From assembly GCA_039803745.1 (NCBI GenBank), contig JBDRZD010000020.1, positions 1 to 28,961 on the forward strand: 28,961 bases of DNA. The letters run 5' to 3'. The notes beneath the pieces are model-generated. The model had not been told where the DNA came from. It did no database searches and saw nothing but the letters and a program-made list of their open reading frames with translations. Below, one piece after another: positions 8,623-17,945 of the stretch. The translations under genes were made by a program, and so were the position numbers. This stretch comes from a candidate division WOR-3 bacterium (lineage in GTDB: Bacteria > Hydrothermota > Hydrothermia > Hydrothermales > Hydrothermaceae). Within the stretch, counting starts at the first letter, position 1, and the number at the start of each line of letters is the position of its first letter.

Positions 8623-9893
8623 AAAAGTTCCTCCAGAGATTTAAATCCTTTGTCTCCTATATCTTTTCTATAATGCATTCCCTCAAAATAAATCTTATTA
8701 ACCCCATCATATGCTCTATCCTTTGCTTCCTTCAAATTTTTTCCAAACCCCAAAACTCCAAGAACTCTCCCCCCATTTGTAAAAAATTTATTATTTTCCT
8801 TTTTTGTGCCAGCATGGAAAATATATAAATTTTCCATATTTTCACACTCTTCAAGCCCTTTTATTTCTTTACCCTTTTCGTATTTTTCAGGGTATCCACC
8901 AGAAGCCACAACAACACATAAGGCATATCCATCATTCCATTTCAATTTTAAAGAACCGAGTTTAAACTCTTTTGTTTTTTCAATTATAACTTCAGGATCT
9001 GTATTAATAAGATAAACAAGGGGTTGTGTTTCAGGGTCTCCAAACCTTACATTATATTCAAGAACAAAAACTCCTTCTCTTGTTATCATAAGACCAGCAT
9101 ATATTACTCCTTGATAATCAAAATTTTTTCTTATAAGTCCCCTTATTGTCTTTTTAATTATCTCATTCTCAATCTTTTCTATAATCTCATTTGTTAAAAA
9201 TGGTAAAGGTGCATAGGCGCCCATCCCACCTGTATTTGGACCTTTATCATTATCATACACTGGTTTATGATCCTGAGAAGGAAGAAGCATCAAATATTCA
9301 TCTCCGGCAACAAGTGTTATAATAGAACACTCTATCCCCTTTAAAAAATCCTCTATTACTACCACATTTCCAGAATCACCAAATATTTTTTCTTCCATAA
9401 TTTTTTTAACCGCTTCCTTTGCCTCTTCTTCATCCTTACATACAATACTGCCTTTCCCCTGTGCAAGACCTGATGCTTTCACAACACAGGCTCTTTTTAT
9501 TTTTTCTATGTACTTATAAGCCTTTTCAGGTTCATCAAATATCTCGTATCTTGCAGTGGGTATACTGTTTTCACTCATAAATTCCTTGGCAAAGGCTTTA
9601 CTTCCTTCAAGGAGCGCCTCTTTTTCATTTGGAGAATAAACAAAAAAATTCTTAATCCTATCTTTTATACCTTTAACGATTGGCTCTTCAGGTCCAGGTA
9701 ATATTACATCAATATTCTCTTTAATTGCAATTTCTTCTATTTTTTTAAAATCAGTTAAAGAAAAACTATATGTTTTCCCGATTCCTTCAATACCCGGATT
9801 ACCGGATAAGCCTATAACTTCATGCCCAAATTTATAAAACCAATAAGCTAAGGCATGTTCTCTTCCACCACTTCCTATGATAAATACTTTCAT
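8619..9893 (-). CDS. purD: Phosphoribosylamine--glycine ligase
   Basis: GSGGREHALA, LEGSKAFAK, KASGLAQGKG, QDHK..GPNTGGMGAY, EYNVRFGDPE, GGRVL. Confidence 0.97.
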   Translation of the reverse strand: MKVFIIGSGGREHALAYWFYKFGHEVIGLSGNPGIEGIGKTYSFSLTDFKKIEEIAIKENIDVILPGPEEPIVKGIKDRIKNFFVYSPNEKEALLEGSKAFAKEFMSENSIPTARYEIFDEPEKAYKYIEKIKRACVVKASGLAQGKGSIVCKDEEEAKEAVKKIMEEKIFGDSGNVVVIEDFLKGIECSIITLVAGDEYLMLLPSQDHKPVYDNDKGPNTGGMGAYAPLPFLTNEIIEKIENEIIKKTIRGLIRKNFDYQGVIYAGLMITREGVFVLEYNVRFGDPETQPLVYLINTDPEVIIEKTKEFKLGSLKLKWNDGYALCVVVASGGYPEKYEKGKEIKGLEECENMENLYIFHAGTKKENNKFFTNGGRVLGVLGFGKNLKEAKDRAYDGVNKIYFEGMHYRKDIGDKGFKSLEELL

Positions 9894-9900
9894 TTTTAAA

Positions 9901-9930
9901 ATTATAAAGTATATTTTGTTTGACTTTCAA
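9901..9930 (-). promoter_or_regulatory. sigma70-type promoter of purD, probably leaderless
   Basis: TTGAAA (9930-9925), 18-nt spacer, TATAAT (9906-9901), 7 nt, ATG (9893); no SD. Confidence 0.55.
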
Positions 9931-9949
9931 ACTGAAATTTAATTATAAT
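9920..9949 (+). promoter_or_regulatory. sigma70-type promoter of the porV-rpmJ-rpsM-rpsK-rpsD-rpoA-rplQ unit
   Basis: TTGACT (9920-9925), 18-nt spacer, TATAAT (9944-9949); SD GAGGTG before ATG 9980. Confidence 0.6.
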
Positions 9950-9979
9950 TAAAAACTTAAAAAATTAAGAGGTGAGAAT

Positions 9980-10984
9980 ATGAAAAAAATAGTGTGTATA
10001 ATATGTAGTGGAATTTTATTTGCCTCAACAAACGATGCAACACTTGTATTTTTAACAATTTATCCCGGAGCAAGAGCAGTAGGAATGGGAGGAGCATTTG
10101 CTTCAATAGCAGAAGACGCAACAGCCCTTTATTATAATCCTGGAGGAATCGCATTTTTTGAAAAGAATGAAGTTTCGCTTCAACATTCTAACTGGCTTAC
10201 CGGGCTCTGGCCTGATATGTATTATGAATTCTTGGGATTCGTAAGACCTTTACCTCCATATGGAAATATGGGGATTCACGGGATATATTTAACAACCGGG
10301 GAAACAGAGGCACAACTTGAAGATGGAACCACAATTGCAAGATTTAGAAATTTTGATTTTGCAATAGGTGCATCTTATGGTGTTAAAATTTGGGAAAAAT
10401 TAGGAATTGGATTTACAGCTAAAATAGTATATAGTTTTCTTGCACCTGACTGGCTTGTAAGAATATATTTCCCCGAAACAGGGGGTGGTGGTGCTGCATT
10501 ATCATATGCTTTTGACTTCGGTTTACTTTACAAATTTGATTTTCCAAAAGGACTTCAATTTGGCACTTCTTTACTTCACATAGGACCACCAGTAAAATTC
10601 ACAAAAAGAGGCGGGGATAAAGATCCAATTCCTTACACTTTGAAAACGGGATTTTCTTATAGACCAGTTTATAATAAGGCTCATAAAATAATTCTGGCTA
10701 CCGAGATTACAAAGGTAATTGTGAATTTATTTAAAGACCTGAAAGATGATGGATTTAAAGAAGTATGGAAGGATACATGGAAAAATATTGGTTTAGAATA
10801 TACTTATTACGATTTCATCTCAGCAAGAATTGGGTATTTTGAGGACTTAGCAGGACGAAGAGTTGGATGGACTTATGGAGGAAGTCTGATTTTTAAATCC
10901 TTTATATTTGATGTAGGAGTTGACTCAGACATTTATTCTTTTCAAACCGATAATTATAGATTTTCATTTGGATATAAATTTTAG
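9980..10984 (+). CDS. PorV/PorQ-family outer-membrane beta-barrel (type IX secretion shuttle-like, FadL fold)
   Basis: Signal peptide; [17 protein letters not shown] and [11 protein letters not shown] family motifs; amphipathic beta strands; C-terminal FSFGYKF (BAM signal). Confidence 0.82.
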   Translation: MKKIVCIICSGILFASTNDATLVFLTIYPGARAVGMGGAFASIAEDATALYYNPGGIAFFEKNEVSLQHSNWLTGLWPDMYYEFLGFVRPLPPYGNMGIHGIYLTTGETEAQLEDGTTIARFRNFDFAIGASYGVKIWEKLGIGFTAKIVYSFLAPDWLVRIYFPETGGGGAALSYAFDFGLLYKFDFPKGLQFGTSLLHIGPPVKFTKRGGDKDPIPYTLKTGFSYRPVYNKAHKIILATEITKVIVNLFKDLKDDGFKEVWKDTWKNIGLEYTYYDFISARIGYFEDLAGRRVGWTYGGSLIFKSFIFDVGVDSDIYSFQTDNYRFSFGYKF

Positions 10985-10992
10985 GAGGATAT

Positions 10993-11106
10993 ATGAAGGT
11001 AAAATCATCTGTTAAGAAAAGGTGTGTTAAGTGTAAAATTGTTAAAAGAAAAGGTAAAATAATTGTTATTTGTGAAAATCCAAAACATAAACAAAGGCAG
11101 GGGTAA
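10993..11106 (+). CDS. rpmJ: 50S ribosomal protein L36 (Zn-ribbon C+ form), not in the ORF track
   Basis: Hand translation [45 protein letters not shown] overlaps the porV stop. Confidence 0.97.
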   Translation: MKVKSSVKKRCVKCKIVKRKGKIIVICENPKHKQRQG

Positions 11107-11107
11107 A

Positions 11108-11491
11108 ATGGCAAGAATTGCAGGAGTTGATTTACCAAAAAATAAAAGGATTGAAATTGCATTGACTTATATTTATGGGATAGGGCTTTCAACATCAAAA
11201 AAAATTTTAGGCATTACAGGTATTGATCCTAATAAAAGAGTAAAGGATTTAACAAGTGAGGAAGTGAGCAAACTTCAAAGTGAAGTTGATAAATTAAAAG
11301 TTGAAGGCGCTTTAAGAGCAGAAGTTCAGAAAAATATAAAAAGACTGATTGAAATAGGTTGTTATCGTGGTTTAAGACACAAGATGGGTTTACCTGTGAG
11401 AGGACAAAGAACAAGACATAACGCAAGAACAAGAAAAGGACCAAGAGGTAATATATTTAGAAGGTTGAAACAGAAAAAAGGAGAAGGATAA
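11108..11491 (+). CDS. rpsM: 30S ribosomal protein S13
   Basis: [33 protein letters not shown]; true ATG at 11108. Confidence 0.98.
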   Translation: MARIAGVDLPKNKRIEIALTYIYGIGLSTSKKILGITGIDPNKRVKDLTSEEVSKLQSEVDKLKVEGALRAEVQKNIKRLIEIGCYRGLRHKMGLPVRGQRTRHNARTRKGPRGNIFRRLKQKKGEG

Positions 11492-11883
11492 TGGCAAAAA
11501 AGGTTTCTCGCAAAAAGAAAGAAAAGAAAAAAATAACGGATTTTTTTGCAATCGCTTATATTCAGTCAACTTTTAACAATACAATAGTTACTATTACAGA
11601 TAGAAAGGGCAATACGCTTACCTGGGCTTCTTGTGGTTCTGTCGGCTTCAAAGGAACAAGAAAGGGAACACCTTATGCTGCATCAAAGGCTGCAGAAGCA
11701 GCAGCAAAAAAGGCACTTGAAATGGGAATAAAGGAGGTAGAAATAAGAGTGAAAGGACCTGGGCAGGGAAGGGAGGCAGCAATAAGGACAATTCATGCAG
11801 CAGGGTTAAAAGTAGTAGCTATAAGAGATATAACACCTATACCTCATAATGGATGTAGACCACCAAAAAGAAGGAGGGTATAA
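11491..11883 (+). CDS. rpsK: 30S ribosomal protein S11
   Basis: [43 protein letters not shown]. Confidence 0.98.
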   Translation: MAKKVSRKKKEKKKITDFFAIAYIQSTFNNTIVTITDRKGNTLTWASCGSVGFKGTRKGTPYAASKAAEAAAKKALEMGIKEVEIRVKGPGQGREAAIRTIHAAGLKVVAIRDITPIPHNGCRPPKRRRV

Positions 11884-12512
11884 TGGGAAAATATGCAGGT
11901 CCTGTTTGTAGATTGTGCAGAAGGGAAGGCGAAAAACTCTTTTTAAAAGGTGATAGGTGCTTAACTGATAAATGTGCTTTTGAAAGAAGAAAATATCCAC
12001 CGGGTTTCCATGGACCAACAGCAAAAAGAAAATTATCAATTTATGGATTACAATTGAGGGAAAAACAAAAAGCAAAAAGAATTTACGGTCTTAGTGAAAC
12101 CCAGTTCAGGAGATATTTTGAGATGGCAAGGAAAATGCCGGGAAATACGGGTGAAAATTTACTCTCTTTACTTGAAAGAAGGCTTGATAATGTGGTATAT
12201 CATCTTGGATTTGCATTATCGAGAAGGGGAGCCAGGCAACTTGTAGCCCATGGACATATACTTGTTAATGGAAGAAAGATAAATATTCCTTCTTATTTAG
12301 TATCAGAAGGAGATGTAGTCACTATAAAAGAGAAGATGAGAAATAATGTATTTATAAGAGAAAGTTTTGATAGAAAAGCACCAGAGGATGTGCCTAAATG
12401 GCTTTCAATTAATAAAGAAAATTTTGAAGGAAAAGTTTTAAGACTTCCTTCAAGAGAAGATGTTTCACATCCAATAAAGGAAAGTTTAATTGTTGAGCTT
12501 TATTCTAAATAA
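11883..12512 (+). CDS. rpsD: 30S ribosomal protein S4 (four-Cys Zn form)
   Basis: [47 protein letters not shown]. Confidence 0.98.
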   Translation: MGKYAGPVCRLCRREGEKLFLKGDRCLTDKCAFERRKYPPGFHGPTAKRKLSIYGLQLREKQKAKRIYGLSETQFRRYFEMARKMPGNTGENLLSLLERRLDNVVYHLGFALSRRGARQLVAHGHILVNGRKINIPSYLVSEGDVVTIKEKMRNNVFIRESFDRKAPEDVPKWLSINKENFEGKVLRLPSREDVSHPIKESLIVELYSK

Positions 12513-12533
12513 AATTTTCAAAAGGGGTTAAAA

Positions 12534-13586
12534 ATGGATAAAAAAGAAATTTTAATGCCAGAGGGTATTGAAGTAATTGAAGAAAAGAAAAATTATGGTA
12601 AATTTGTATTTTCTCCTCTTGAAAGAGGATTTGGGATCACCGTAGGTAATGCTTTAAGAAGGGTCTTGCTTTCAAGCATTCAGGGTTCTGCTATATTTGC
12701 AGTTAGAATAGATGGAGTATCTCATGAATTCTCTTCAATAAAGGGAGTACTTGAAGATGTCCCTCTTATTATCCTTAATTTAAAAAAAATTAGAGTTAAA
12801 TATAATGGGGATTCTCCTTATGTAAATATCCCCCTTACAGCAGCAGGTGAAATGGAAATATTTGCAAAAGAATTTAGGGCTCCAAGCAGTGTGGAAATAC
12901 TTACTCCCCAGCAAAAGATAGCAACATTAACATCAAAGAGTTCAAAAATAGCAATGGAAGTATGGGTGATGAATGGAAGGGGTTATGTTCCTTTAGAGGA
13001 GCTTAAAACGAGTTATATAGATAAAAGGCTCTTCCCTCATGATACAATATTCATTGATGCAGATTTCTCACCTGTAAGGAAGGTAAATTTCATTGTTGAA
13101 AATGTAAGAATTGAACATAGAACAGACTATGAAAAACTTATCCTTGAAATAGAAACTGATGGTTCAATAACCCCTTTAAATGCTCTTATCGAAGCAAAGG
13201 AAATTATTTTAAAACATTTTGAAAGAATCGCTTTAAAAAAGGAAAGAAAAATTTTAGCGGAAAAAGTAAAAGAAAAGCCCAAGAAAGAAAAAGAAGATAT
13301 GAAAATGCTCCTTTTAAGTGACCTTGAGATACTTGATTTACCACCAAGAACAATAACAAACCTTGCGACTGCTAAGATTTATACAGTTGGTGCACTTGTC
13401 CAAAGAAAAGAAGAAGAAATAAGTGCAATTAAAAATCTCGGTAAAAAGGCAATGGATGAAATAAAAGAAAAACTGCAAAATTTTGGACTTAATTTTGAGA
13501 TGGACATAAGTGAATACGTGACACAGGAGGAATTAGATGAGGCACAAAAAGAAGTTAAAAAAACTCGGGAGGCCAAGGGCTCATAG
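12534..13586 (+). CDS. rpoA: RNA polymerase subunit alpha
   Basis: PLERGFGITVGNALRRVLLSSIQG, HEFS..GVLED, DADFSPVRKV, alpha-CTD KNLGKK. Confidence 0.98.
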   Translation: MDKKEILMPEGIEVIEEKKNYGKFVFSPLERGFGITVGNALRRVLLSSIQGSAIFAVRIDGVSHEFSSIKGVLEDVPLIILNLKKIRVKYNGDSPYVNIPLTAAGEMEIFAKEFRAPSSVEILTPQQKIATLTSKSSKIAMEVWVMNGRGYVPLEELKTSYIDKRLFPHDTIFIDADFSPVRKVNFIVENVRIEHRTDYEKLILEIETDGSITPLNALIEAKEIILKHFERIALKKERKILAEKVKEKPKKEKEDMKMLLLSDLEILDLPPRTITNLATAKIYTVGALVQRKEEEISAIKNLGKKAMDEIKEKLQNFGLNFEMDISEYVTQEELDEAQKEVKKTREAKGS

Positions 13587-13887
13587 AAAGGCACTCTTAA
13601 GAAACCAGGTAATATCCTTTTTAAAACATGGAAGAATTAAAACTACACTTCAAAAGGCAAAAGAAACAAGAAGACTCGTGGAAAAATTAATAACACTTGC
13701 GAAAGAAGATACACAGGTAAGAAGAAGGCAGGCATTTGGAATTTTGCAGGATAAAAAAATTACAGAAAAATTATTTAAAGAAATAGCACCTAAATTTAAA
13801 GATAGAAATTCTGGTTATACAAGAATATTAAAACTCGGAAGGAGAATAGGAGACGGAGCAGAAGAAGCTGTTCTTTCATTACTCTAA
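13537..13887 (+). CDS. rplQ: 50S ribosomal protein L17
   Basis: MRHKK..KLGRPRAHRKALLRN, IKTT..KAKE, GYTRILKLGRRIGDGA; SD AGGAGG inside rpoA. Confidence 0.97.
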   Translation: MRHKKKLKKLGRPRAHRKALLRNQVISFLKHGRIKTTLQKAKETRRLVEKLITLAKEDTQVRRRQAFGILQDKKITEKLFKEIAPKFKDRNSGYTRILKLGRRIGDGAEEAVLSLL

Positions 13888-13888
13888 T

Positions 13889-14401
13889 TTGAAATATCAT
13901 CTTTTGTTAACAGGTCCGCCAAGGGTCGGTAAAACTACAATTATAGAAAAGGCAATTAAAGAATTAAAAAATAAGTATAAATTAGATGGATTTATAACAA
14001 AAGAGATAAGAGAAAAAGGCGAAAGAAAAGGATTTGAAATAATAAAAATTGATGGAGAAAAGAAAGCTTTTTCCCATATAGATTTTAAAAGTCGTTATAG
14101 AATAGGGAAATATGGAGTGAATTTAAAAAATCTTGAAGAAATAATTGAAAAAATTGATTTTAAAAATTGTGATATTCTTATTGTTGATGAAATAGGTAAA
14201 ATGGAATTATTATCAAAAAAATTTTTTATATGGATAAAAGAAGTTTTAAAAAATGAAAAGCCAAGAATTCTTGGGGTAGTAGGAGAAAAGGTGTTAGAAA
14301 ATTTAAAGAAAGAAATTGATTTTTCAAAATGTGAAATAATAAAAGTAATGTATGAAAATAGAAACAACCTTTTAAAAGAAATATTAAATTTTTTCCCTTA
14401 A
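13889..14401 (+). CDS. THEP1/NTPase_1 family nucleoside triphosphatase
   Basis: TGPPRVGKTT, GFITKEIREKGERKGF, IGKYGV, VDEIGKMEL; TTG start 1 nt after the rplQ stop. Confidence 0.9.
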   Translation: MKYHLLLTGPPRVGKTTIIEKAIKELKNKYKLDGFITKEIREKGERKGFEIIKIDGEKKAFSHIDFKSRYRIGKYGVNLKNLEEIIEKIDFKNCDILIVDEIGKMELLSKKFFIWIKEVLKNEKPRILGVVGEKVLENLKKEIDFSKCEIIKVMYENRNNLLKEILNFFP

Positions 14402-15118
14402 AATTTTTTCAACCTCTTTTATATCCTCCTCAGTATCAACAGGATGTGTATCATTTTTTGCTTCAAAAACAAAAACTGGTATCCCATTTTCAATCAATCT
14501 TAATTGTTCAAGATTTTCTTTTTCTTCAAGATAGGACTTGTGAATTGAATGAAAAAGTTCAAGAATGTCTCTTCTATAAAGATAAACTCCTATGTGTTTT
14601 AAGAATTCCAAATTTTTTTTAAGAAAAGAAAAAGGGATTGGACTTCTTGAAAAATAGATTGCTCTACCTTCTTTATCACAAACTATTTTAACAATATTTT
14701 TATCATCAAATTTTTTCTTTGAATCTAATGGATAACCAAGGGTTGAAACTTCACACATCCTTTTGATCGTCTCCTCAATCAGAAAATCTAAATCATCTGG
14801 AGAAATTAGTGGTTCATCACCCTGTAAATTTAGAATATAATCATAATTTTCTTTTATTAAATTTTTATAAGTCCAGAAAACCCTATCTGAACCACTTTTT
14901 AAATCTTTCGGTGTTAAATAAACTTCTGCACCAAATTTTTCACATTCCTTTAAAATTCTTTCGTCATCCGTTGCTATAACTATCTTATCCAATTTTTTAC
15001 ATTTTATTGCATTATCATAAACCCAGTTTATAAGGATTTTATCAAGGATTTTAACAAGTGGTTTACCAGGAAGTCTCTTTGAACCATACCTTGCAGGTAT
15101 TATAGATATTACCTTCAA
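14384..15118 (-). CDS. kdsB: 3-deoxy-manno-octulosonate cytidylyltransferase
   Basis: IIPARYGSKRLPGKPL, SGSDR, NLQGDEP, YFSRSPIP, KHIGVYLY, LEQLR. Confidence 0.96.
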   Translation of the reverse strand: MKVISIIPARYGSKRLPGKPLVKILDKILINWVYDNAIKCKKLDKIVIATDDERILKECEKFGAEVYLTPKDLKSGSDRVFWTYKNLIKENYDYILNLQGDEPLISPDDLDFLIEETIKRMCEVSTLGYPLDSKKKFDDKNIVKIVCDKEGRAIYFSRSPIPFSFLKKNLEFLKHIGVYLYRRDILELFHSIHKSYLEEKENLEQLRLIENGIPVFVFEAKNDTHPVDTEEDIKEVEKILREKI

Positions 15119-15672
15119 ACTTTTGCGTATTTCTTTATGCCCTCAATATATAAATCGTTTCCATAAGCATCAACTGCAACAATTGCAGGAAAATCTTCAA
15201 CAAGCATTTCTGTAATTGCCTCTGGTCCCAAATCTTCATATGCAACTATTTTTACTGATTTTATTCTCTGAGCAATAAGTGCCCCTGCACCACCAACTGT
15301 TGCAAGATAAACTGCCTTATATTTTTTCATTGCCTCTTTAACAAAATCCTGTCTTTCACCCTTACCAATCGTTGCTTTAACTCCCAGTTCAAGCATCTTC
15401 GGGGTATAAATATCCATCCTTATTGAAGTCGTTGGTCCTGCAGAACCTATAACCTTTCCGGGTTTTGCAGGAGAAGGACCTACATAATATATAATCTGTC
15501 CCTTTAAATCAAAAGGTAATTTACCTGTTTTTTCATATTCTTCAAGAAGCCTTTTATGAGCAGCATCCCTTGCACTGTATATAACTCCTGAAATTAAAAC
15601 CGCATCCCCTGCTTTTAAAGATAAAACATCATCATCAGTTAAAGGTGTTTTTATTTTTTTATATTCTTCCAT
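15115..15672 (-). CDS. Class I fumarate hydratase / Fe-S hydro-lyase beta subunit
   Basis: ARDAAHKRL, GSAGPTTSIRMD, IGKG, GGAGAL, EDLGPEAI. Confidence 0.92.
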   Translation of the reverse strand: MEEYKKIKTPLTDDDVLSLKAGDAVLISGVIYSARDAAHKRLLEEYEKTGKLPFDLKGQIIYYVGPSPAKPGKVIGSAGPTTSIRMDIYTPKMLELGVKATIGKGERQDFVKEAMKKYKAVYLATVGGAGALIAQRIKSVKIVAYEDLGPEAITEMLVEDFPAIVAVDAYGNDLYIEGIKKYAKV

Positions 15673-15685
15673 TTTTCCCTCCTAT

Positions 15686-16540
15686 TTAAAAAATAATTTC
15701 TTCTCTTCTATCAGCGTGGCATTGTATATTCACTGCAACAGGTAAAGCAGTTATATGGCATGGATAGGCTTCTATATGGACATCAAGAGCAGTCCATTTT
15801 CCCCCAAATCCCTGCGGACCGATTCCAAGTTTATTTATTTCTTCTAAAAGTTCTTCTTCAAACTGTGCATAAAATGGATCAGGATTTCTTTTCCCTATCT
15901 CTCTCACTGTTGCCTTCTTTGCTAAAAATGCACAGTATTCAAATGTCCCACCAATCCCAACACCAACAACAATTGGGGGGCACGGATTTGAACCAGCCTT
16001 TTTTACAGTTTCAATTACAAATTTTTTAACACCTTCTTTACCTTCCCCTGGCAAAAGAATTTTTAAAGCACTCATATTTTCACTTCCGCCTCCTTTTGGC
16101 TCAAAGATAATTCTTAAAGTATCTCCTGGAACTATATCAAAATGAATGACAGGTGGCGTATTATCTCCTGTATTTTTTCTTCTCAAAGGGTCTGCAACTA
16201 TTGATTTTCTTAAATATCCTTCTACATAACCCTTTCTCACACCTTCTATTATTGCATCTTTAATGTTTCCTCCTTTTATTCTAACATCTGTTCCCATTTC
16301 CACAAAAAATACTGAAAATCCTGTATCCTGGCAAAGGGGGATATCTTCCTTTTTTGCAATTTCAATATTTTCAAGAATCTGGTCAAGAACCTTTTTACCA
16401 ACTTCAGATTCTTCTGTCTCTCTTGCTTTTTTTAAAGCCTCTATTACATCAGGTTTTAAATTATGACATGCATATATACACGCATCCCTTACTTTTTTTA
16501 CAATTTCCTCATATTTTATTGTTTTATATTTTTTTCTCAT
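15686..16540 (-). CDS. Class I fumarate hydratase / Fe-S hydro-lyase alpha subunit
   Basis: PLCQDTG, PKGGGSEN, NPCPP..VGVGIGG, GIGPQGFGG, NIQCHA (three Fe-S Cys). Confidence 0.92.
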   Translation of the reverse strand: MRKKYKTIKYEEIVKKVRDACIYACHNLKPDVIEALKKARETEESEVGKKVLDQILENIEIAKKEDIPLCQDTGFSVFFVEMGTDVRIKGGNIKDAIIEGVRKGYVEGYLRKSIVADPLRRKNTGDNTPPVIHFDIVPGDTLRIIFEPKGGGSENMSALKILLPGEGKEGVKKFVIETVKKAGSNPCPPIVVGVGIGGTFEYCAFLAKKATVREIGKRNPDPFYAQFEEELLEEINKLGIGPQGFGGKWTALDVHIEAYPCHITALPVAVNIQCHADRREEIIF

Positions 16541-17319
16541 ATTGCTCCTCCTTTATTTATGATCTCAGCATATAAAATTTTTTTTGAAAGAGAATCAAAT
16601 TCAAAATAAAGGGAGTTCATCCCTATCTTTTCTTTACCTGCATCAAAAGGTGCAGGCAATAAATATCTGAGCCTTTTAAATGCTGCCTCTTTTTCTACAC
16701 CTATTATTGAATCAAAACTGCCAGTCATTCCAATATCAGAGATAAAAAGTGTTCCTTTATTTAAAATTCTTAAATCTTTTGTTTGAACATGAGTATGAGT
16801 TCCTATAATTGCGAGAGCTTTTCCATCAAAATAATCAGCAAATATAATCTTTTCACTTGTTACTTCTCCATGAAAATCTATTATAATTGGAATTTCTTTA
16901 ATCTCTTTGATTATCTTCTCAGTTTCCCTTATAGGACAGTCATATTCTCCCAAAAAAACCCTCCCAATAACACTCAAAACTGCAATCTCTTTATTATCCT
17001 TTCTATAAATATTAAAACCTTTTCCAGGAACACCTTCTGGAAAATTTAATGGTCTTAATAGAGAATCACTTTCATCTATAAAATTAAAAACTTCTTTTTT
17101 GGCAAATATATGATTTCCTGAAGTCATTATATCAACTCCCACACCTTTTATCTCTTCATAAACCTTTAAAGTTATACCACTTGTTCCTGCTGCATTTTCA
17201 ACATTTGCTATAACAAAATCAGGAGAATATTCTCTTTTAATTTGAGGTAAAAACATTTTAAGTGCCCTTCTTCCTGCTCTGCCAACCACATCTCCTATAA
17301 ATAAAACTTTTATTTTCAT
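16537..17319 (-). CDS. ymdB: YmdB-family (TIGR00282) metallophosphoesterase
   Basis: FIGDVVG, NVENAAG, TSGNH, LRPLN, DFHGEVTSEK, GTHTHVQT, SDIGMTG. Confidence 0.92.
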   Translation of the reverse strand: MKIKVLFIGDVVGRAGRRALKMFLPQIKREYSPDFVIANVENAAGTSGITLKVYEEIKGVGVDIMTSGNHIFAKKEVFNFIDESDSLLRPLNFPEGVPGKGFNIYRKDNKEIAVLSVIGRVFLGEYDCPIRETEKIIKEIKEIPIIIDFHGEVTSEKIIFADYFDGKALAIIGTHTHVQTKDLRILNKGTLFISDIGMTGSFDSIIGVEKEAAFKRLRYLLPAPFDAGKEKIGMNSLYFEFDSLSKKILYAEIINKGGAI

Positions 17320-17945
17320 TTTAAAATCAATTTTGAAACCCTTTCAATATCTTCTTCAAAAAGAGAGGCAAGTTCTGGTTTTCTTAAAATTGCAGAGGGA
17401 TGATAGGTAATGAAAACTTTCGCACCAAATTTTTCATATTCACCTTTTCTTAATTCAGAAATTTTTTTATCTTCACCCAAAATCATCATAACTGCATATC
17501 TTCCAAGACATAAAATTATCTTCGGAGAAATTATCTCAATCTCTTTTTTTAAATAATAAAAACATTCTTTCAATTCATTTGGTCTTGGTTCTCTATTTGC
17601 AGGGGGTCTACATTTTATTGTATTCGTAATATAAATTTTTTCTCTTTCTATTCCATATTTTAAAAGAACTTCTGTTAATTTCCTTCCTGCTCTTCCAACA
17701 AAAGGAATACCTATTTTATCTTCCTCTTCACCAGGTGCTTCCCCCACAATTAGAAGTTCTGAATAGGGATTACCATTGCCGAATACTACATTTTTTCTTG
17801 TTTTTGAAAGAACGCACCTTTCACATTTTTTACATTCTTTTTCTAATTCTATTAAAATCCTATCTTTTAAAACAAATTTCTCTATAAAAATCTCCTTTTC
17901 TCCGTATATCTCACTCAGAAATTCAAAGAATTTCTTTAAAGGCAT
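17316..17945 (-). CDS. Family 4 uracil-DNA glycosylase (4Fe-4S)
   Basis: CKKCERC, GEAPGEEED, PFVGRAG, KCRPPANR, TYHPSA. ATG 17945 has a GAGGA SD; TTG 17960 is an alternative start. Confidence 0.92.
   Translation of the reverse strand: MPLKKFFEFLSEIYGEKEIFIEKFVLKDRILIELEKECKKCERCVLSKTRKNVVFGNGNPYSELLIVGEAPGEEEDKIGIPFVGRAGRKLTEVLLKYGIEREKIYITNTIKCRPPANREPRPNELKECFYYLKKEIEIISPKIILCLGRYAVMMILGEDKKISELRKGEYEKFGAKVFITYHPSAILRKPELASLFEEDIERVSKLILK

Noticed and set aside
11063..11107. Extended rpsM start
   Set aside because: Overlaps rpmJ; S13 begins MARIAG at 11108.
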